A stretch of 64,000 nucleotides of DNA from Octopus sinensis (taxonomy: Eukaryota). The notes under the pieces are model-generated. The model saw nothing but the letters and a program-made list of their open reading frames with translations, was not told the origin of the DNA and did no database searches. Positions 59,743 through 64,000 of this stretch are shown here, piece by piece (the stretch's first letter is position 1; each line of letters begins with the position of its first letter). A program made the translations under genes and the position numbers. The DNA lies in assembly GCF_006345805.1 (NCBI RefSeq), contig NC_042997.1:106950001-107014000 (forward strand). The letters are read 5' to 3'.

Positions 59743-60599
59743 TTTTCGTGTCTGTGTGTGTCTTTTTTGTTGCTATTGTTAATACACAGTACTGACAACT
59801 TAATTATTAACCAGGCCGTTTTTGAAGTGGTAGCTACCTCCGTGTGCTCAGCCGTAATTAACAGGTATATTTAATAATATTTCATGTAGAAACCTCTCAT
59901 AGTTGACATAGTCACTCCATTTTAGTTATCGCTTCTTTAATGATTGGCCAATATTGTTACTTCAACAGATTTCAGTAGTGAACCGGTAAATGGGTTGGCG
60001 TTTAATTCACCAATTGACCCTCGATTCATAAATTGCATACTAGTTCCCGTGAATGAATGAATAAATAATGATTTTTAAGACTGAAACAAAACCACAAATT
60101 TGTGAGGAGGACAACACAGTCGATTAAATTAACTCCCATATTAGACTGCTTTTATCGGTTTCGCTTTATCAGAGTTAGTGTGATTTTGAGTTCAGTGCAA
60201 AAAGGGACATACCTGCAATACATCTTATCTGGCACCCCATCACTTCGTTATCCATCGCCCCTTCTCAGGCTAAAAATGTACATATCCTTTGTGAATATTT
60301 CCATGCTGATCTCTTTTTGCAACACTTCATACTCTTTATTACAGGCGAGCATCCCAGAATTAGGTGACAGTAAAGTATGGGATTTGAAATCAGAACGTAG
60401 CTGCACATAACGAAATACTATTAGGCATTTTATTTTGTTTGATGTTGTATCCGATTCGGTCATTCACCTTCCTCTCAACAGACAAACAATGTAATAAAAC
60501 AGGTTATTTCCTTCAAAGTAAAATGTATGAAACACGGTGTGTGTCTGGTAGTGAGTTTCAGCCTCCTCTCACCAGTTTATTACGTCTGTCATCATGACC

Positions 60600-61890
60600 T
60601 GTATCTACTCCATCACTAACAACTCTCTCTTCCTCCTTACATTCCTTTCTGCCGCCTGACCTCTCCAGCGTACCCATGTTACAAAAACGTCCATCTCCTC
60701 CAGTCCAACCCTGCTATCTTCCTCATCTTTCCTGAACACCTCCTTTCTTTGGATGTAACCGCAACCTGGATGAGCTGCTGATCTATATAGTTCTTTCATC
60801 CTCTCGCTGCACCCGATCTGGATATTTTATCTGCTTCCGCTCTCACTATAAAACCTATCCTTTCGTCTAGAACTTCTCTACCTACACGGACCTAGGTCCA
60901 TGTCACGTATCTTCATGACGTGGACCTAGATTCACTTCGCTTCACTTGCACCACCAAAAATGTCATCAACTGCATTACCGTATTTTCCAGTATGCAGGTC
61001 AATGTAGTATATATTATAAGCATATAGTGTAAACATTCAAACATAATCACTATCTTTCCAAAGCTGGTTGCATTTCGCATGGAATTTTTGGTCCCGCAAA
61101 GTCGTCATCTTGGTGTATAAGTCGACCTGCCTTTTTTGGCTGCAATTTTTATCTGAAAACTCAACTTTTATGCTGGAACATACAGTAAATGCTAACTCTG
61201 TAGATTATTATATATTGGTGCAAATTGGTCAAAAGGCTGTCTGATAGTTTACACGTTGAAATGGCGAGTTACAAGTCAGGAAAAAGATATTGTTATCTAA
61301 GGCAGCAACACCTTTTCTAAGCATGGAAAATTCTCAACGCTACTTCCACCCACATCTCGCTGTTAGTGGGATTATGCAATCCCATGATACGTCCGTTCCC
61401 GGATTTGTCCTTGACAGTTAGTCTTCTTAAGCACATCTGTTCTTGCTGGTATCTGTAACTGACTTGTTTTCTCCTAATATTCGCAATATACATCTACTGA
61501 TAAATACTACACATGCACTTCACACAACCACCTCTCTACCCGGATATTCACTACGATGCTTTGTTCATACAATCCACACAACATCACATAATACTCATAC
61601 AATCACACATTATTCCCTACTATTGTATGCACACAATGACATACAACCTTACTCATACACACATATATAAACACACTCACGCATACTAAACTACACTTCC
61701 CCGCTCTTATCATACTTATTTCTCTTAGTACCCGTTCGCTCTTCCCTGTTCAGACACTACTCAGACTCTTCTCGTTTCCTTTCAACCATTCAAACATTTT
61801 CAACACTACATTGTCTTTTTTCCTTCCGGAATATCTTCTCTTCTCCCGTCTTCTAACTTGACAAAGAGCAACTGTTCGAAACGTCGACTT
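60600..61890 (+). mobile_element. Decayed Neptune-type PLE 3' remnant ending in a hammerhead-like motif
   Basis: F.C.RNLDELLI.S linker relic (~60740-60790), RFTCTTKNVINCI (~60938-60976), pyrimidine-rich 3' region, and TTGACAAAGAGCAACTGTTCGAAACGTC at 61858-61885. Confidence 0.5.
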
Positions 61891-64000
61891 ATTTTCCTTT
61901 CCTTTCATTATGACTTAATTGTATTGGCTTTGTACTTGTGGGTTTTTGTTTTACTTTGCTTTTGCTCGTGTCGCATACAATTAACACATTGACACTAACT
62001 CAAATAAGCTTGCCGATGCTGGATTTAATGGATTACTAATTCCTTTTTATTTTTAATTGGTTATCTATCAATGTCTATATAACACGCGAACTATTCATAG
62101 TAACAGACCAACTTTGCAAAGAATAAACTGTTGGTTGCACAAGCAACATTGTTCAAGTCCTTTATATCTCACACAACTAAATGTATTGAGTCCAACGAAA
62201 TTTATTCATATTTTTATGAGAAAAGCATCATTAAAGGCCTTATTTTTTTATCCACAACTGTTTTCTTTCATAAACTTCACTTTATTTTCTGTTAACCCGA
62301 CTTACTTTTTCTCTTTTAAAGAACCCGCCGGTGAATACTAATTTTATAGCAGTATTTTGAGCTAATTTTTTAGAAACACTTTCATCGGATTGCGTACTGT
62401 TGCGGTGATTACACTCTCAACTCGAGTCCTCTTTGTTGCAAACATTCAAGCCAGATCTATCTCCGATTTGAAGACATCCCATCCCTTCTCTACTACTAAT
62501 CTTGAAAACCCTGTAATGGATGGTGAGCACTCTTTTCCCGAACTGTAATATTTGCAAAATGTAGTTTTTATTGTGATGAAAAGAAATGCAAAACTATTTG
62601 AAACTTTTTCAAAGGCACCTCGATTCAGTTAGCCCTCACTTAAATCCAAAGAATACTGTAACGTTTGTCATACTCGGAAAATTCAATAGTAAACTAAACT
62701 TTATTTTAAACAGTTTCCTTAACATCCCTCCAAAAAAAAAAAAAACAGACCCTGTGAAAGTATACGTTTATTATTAAAAAAACCCTAATTATTTAGGAAA
62801 AGCGGGATGGCCTACTGAATAAGCCGAAGAAGCTCTCCGACCGTTCAAAATATACTTTGATTTCATAATAGGATTATTTCAGTTTATTCAAGAAGGAAAT
62901 AGGCAGTAATGAGTGAGCTACTTCGTAGTTACTCGACCTGATTAAAAATGACAGCCTAATCACCCTTGAAGCATATCCTACCGTCTGTCAGGATCAGATA
63001 ATGCAATCTTGCATATCTTTAGAATAATGAGGTGGTCATGGCTGGAATGCATTTGCTTATAGTTATTCTGGATGTCAGTGTTGATAGGAATCTAAACGAC
63101 CAAGTCTCTGCTTCTTCACAGCAAAATTGCCTGTGGCAGACTAATGTTTTGTCCAAGTAGAAATTTTGTCTCTCATATAGTAAATGTCAGAGAAACCGAT
63201 GTTGAATACTGTCTCTGTGGACACTTGCTAGTTTGAAATGACTAACCAAGTTAAAATTACATACCTTCTTGACTCCGGGTCATTTTCATTTGAAATGTCA
63301 TAAATCCTTTCTCCATTGGCTTTGTTAATGGCTGCAATAAAAACAAGACAGGGAAATTAGATATAGCTGTGACACAATATATTCATTAGAACGAACATGT
63401 CCAAGTCTATTCAGCATCCAGAAGTGACGGTTTTATATCGTGTGTATTATCAACTAATCGCCAACAAAATTATAATATAAATATTAATATGAAAGGAAAT
63501 TGATTCTGAACAGAACTTGCTCTGTTCTATGGTCGATAAGTTAGTTGTTTGTAGTTTCCTAAGTATTAATCTTTTACTAACAGATGTAATGTAATGTCAC
63601 TGCTAGACATATGAGGAACATATACAAATTGGCAATCTATACACTATGTACGTGTTTGACAACGACGACGATGATGGTGGTGGTGGTGGTGATGACAATA
63701 ATTATGATAGCAATAGTGGTTGTAGTTTGGTGAAAAAAATGTATTGTTTCCATGGTTACTAACTGTCGTATCATAAAATCGGTTGTGTGTGTGTGTGTGG
63801 GGGGGTATTGGTGTGTGTTCTGAAACAGAAAAGGAGGAAGCATAAGAGGAGAGTGAAAATATGTGTGATGAAAGAGAAAGTGAGAACTATGTCTAAAGAA
63901 TATCCCTATATCTGGTAATTAAAACTGTAATTTCGAACGATAATTTGTTTGGAGAATTAATCAAGCTTAGCATTCAATCTACGTGTAAAAAATAACACTA

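Overview
AT-rich, repeat-saturated eukaryotic (metazoan) genomic DNA. From the SINE families, the Penelope/RTE/Tx1/mariner mix, microsatellite density and TTAGGG repeats it looks like a cephalopod (Octopus-type) genome; this is an inference from pattern recognition, not a database hit. There are no prokaryotic features, no CRISPR array, and no rRNA or true tRNA genes. Most listed ORFs are artefacts of microsatellites or of TE antisense strands. Content: (i) a protein-coding exon open at the window's left edge (1-645, internal splice donor at 374) plus a few candidate short + strand exons of an unidentified host gene; (ii) two 5'-truncated Tx1/L1-clade LINE copies inside a 4.6-kb chain of co-oriented retroelements linked by (ATT)n tracts, where LINE and SINE share a 3' motif; (iii) Penelope-like elements (one Neptune-type with RT and GIY-YIG) carrying minimal hammerhead-ribozyme-like motifs; (iv) RTE and HERO-type LINE fragments; (v) mariner/maT relics, including a palindromic mariner derivative, and several MITEs; (vi) two non-autonomous Helitron families, one in head-to-tail tandem; (vii) a long-TIR foldback family with GGATCTTT...AAAGATCC ends, one copy carrying a telomere-like (TTAGGG/TTTTAGGG)n core. 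Boundaries were read by eye; expect errors of a few to tens of bases for decayed elements.
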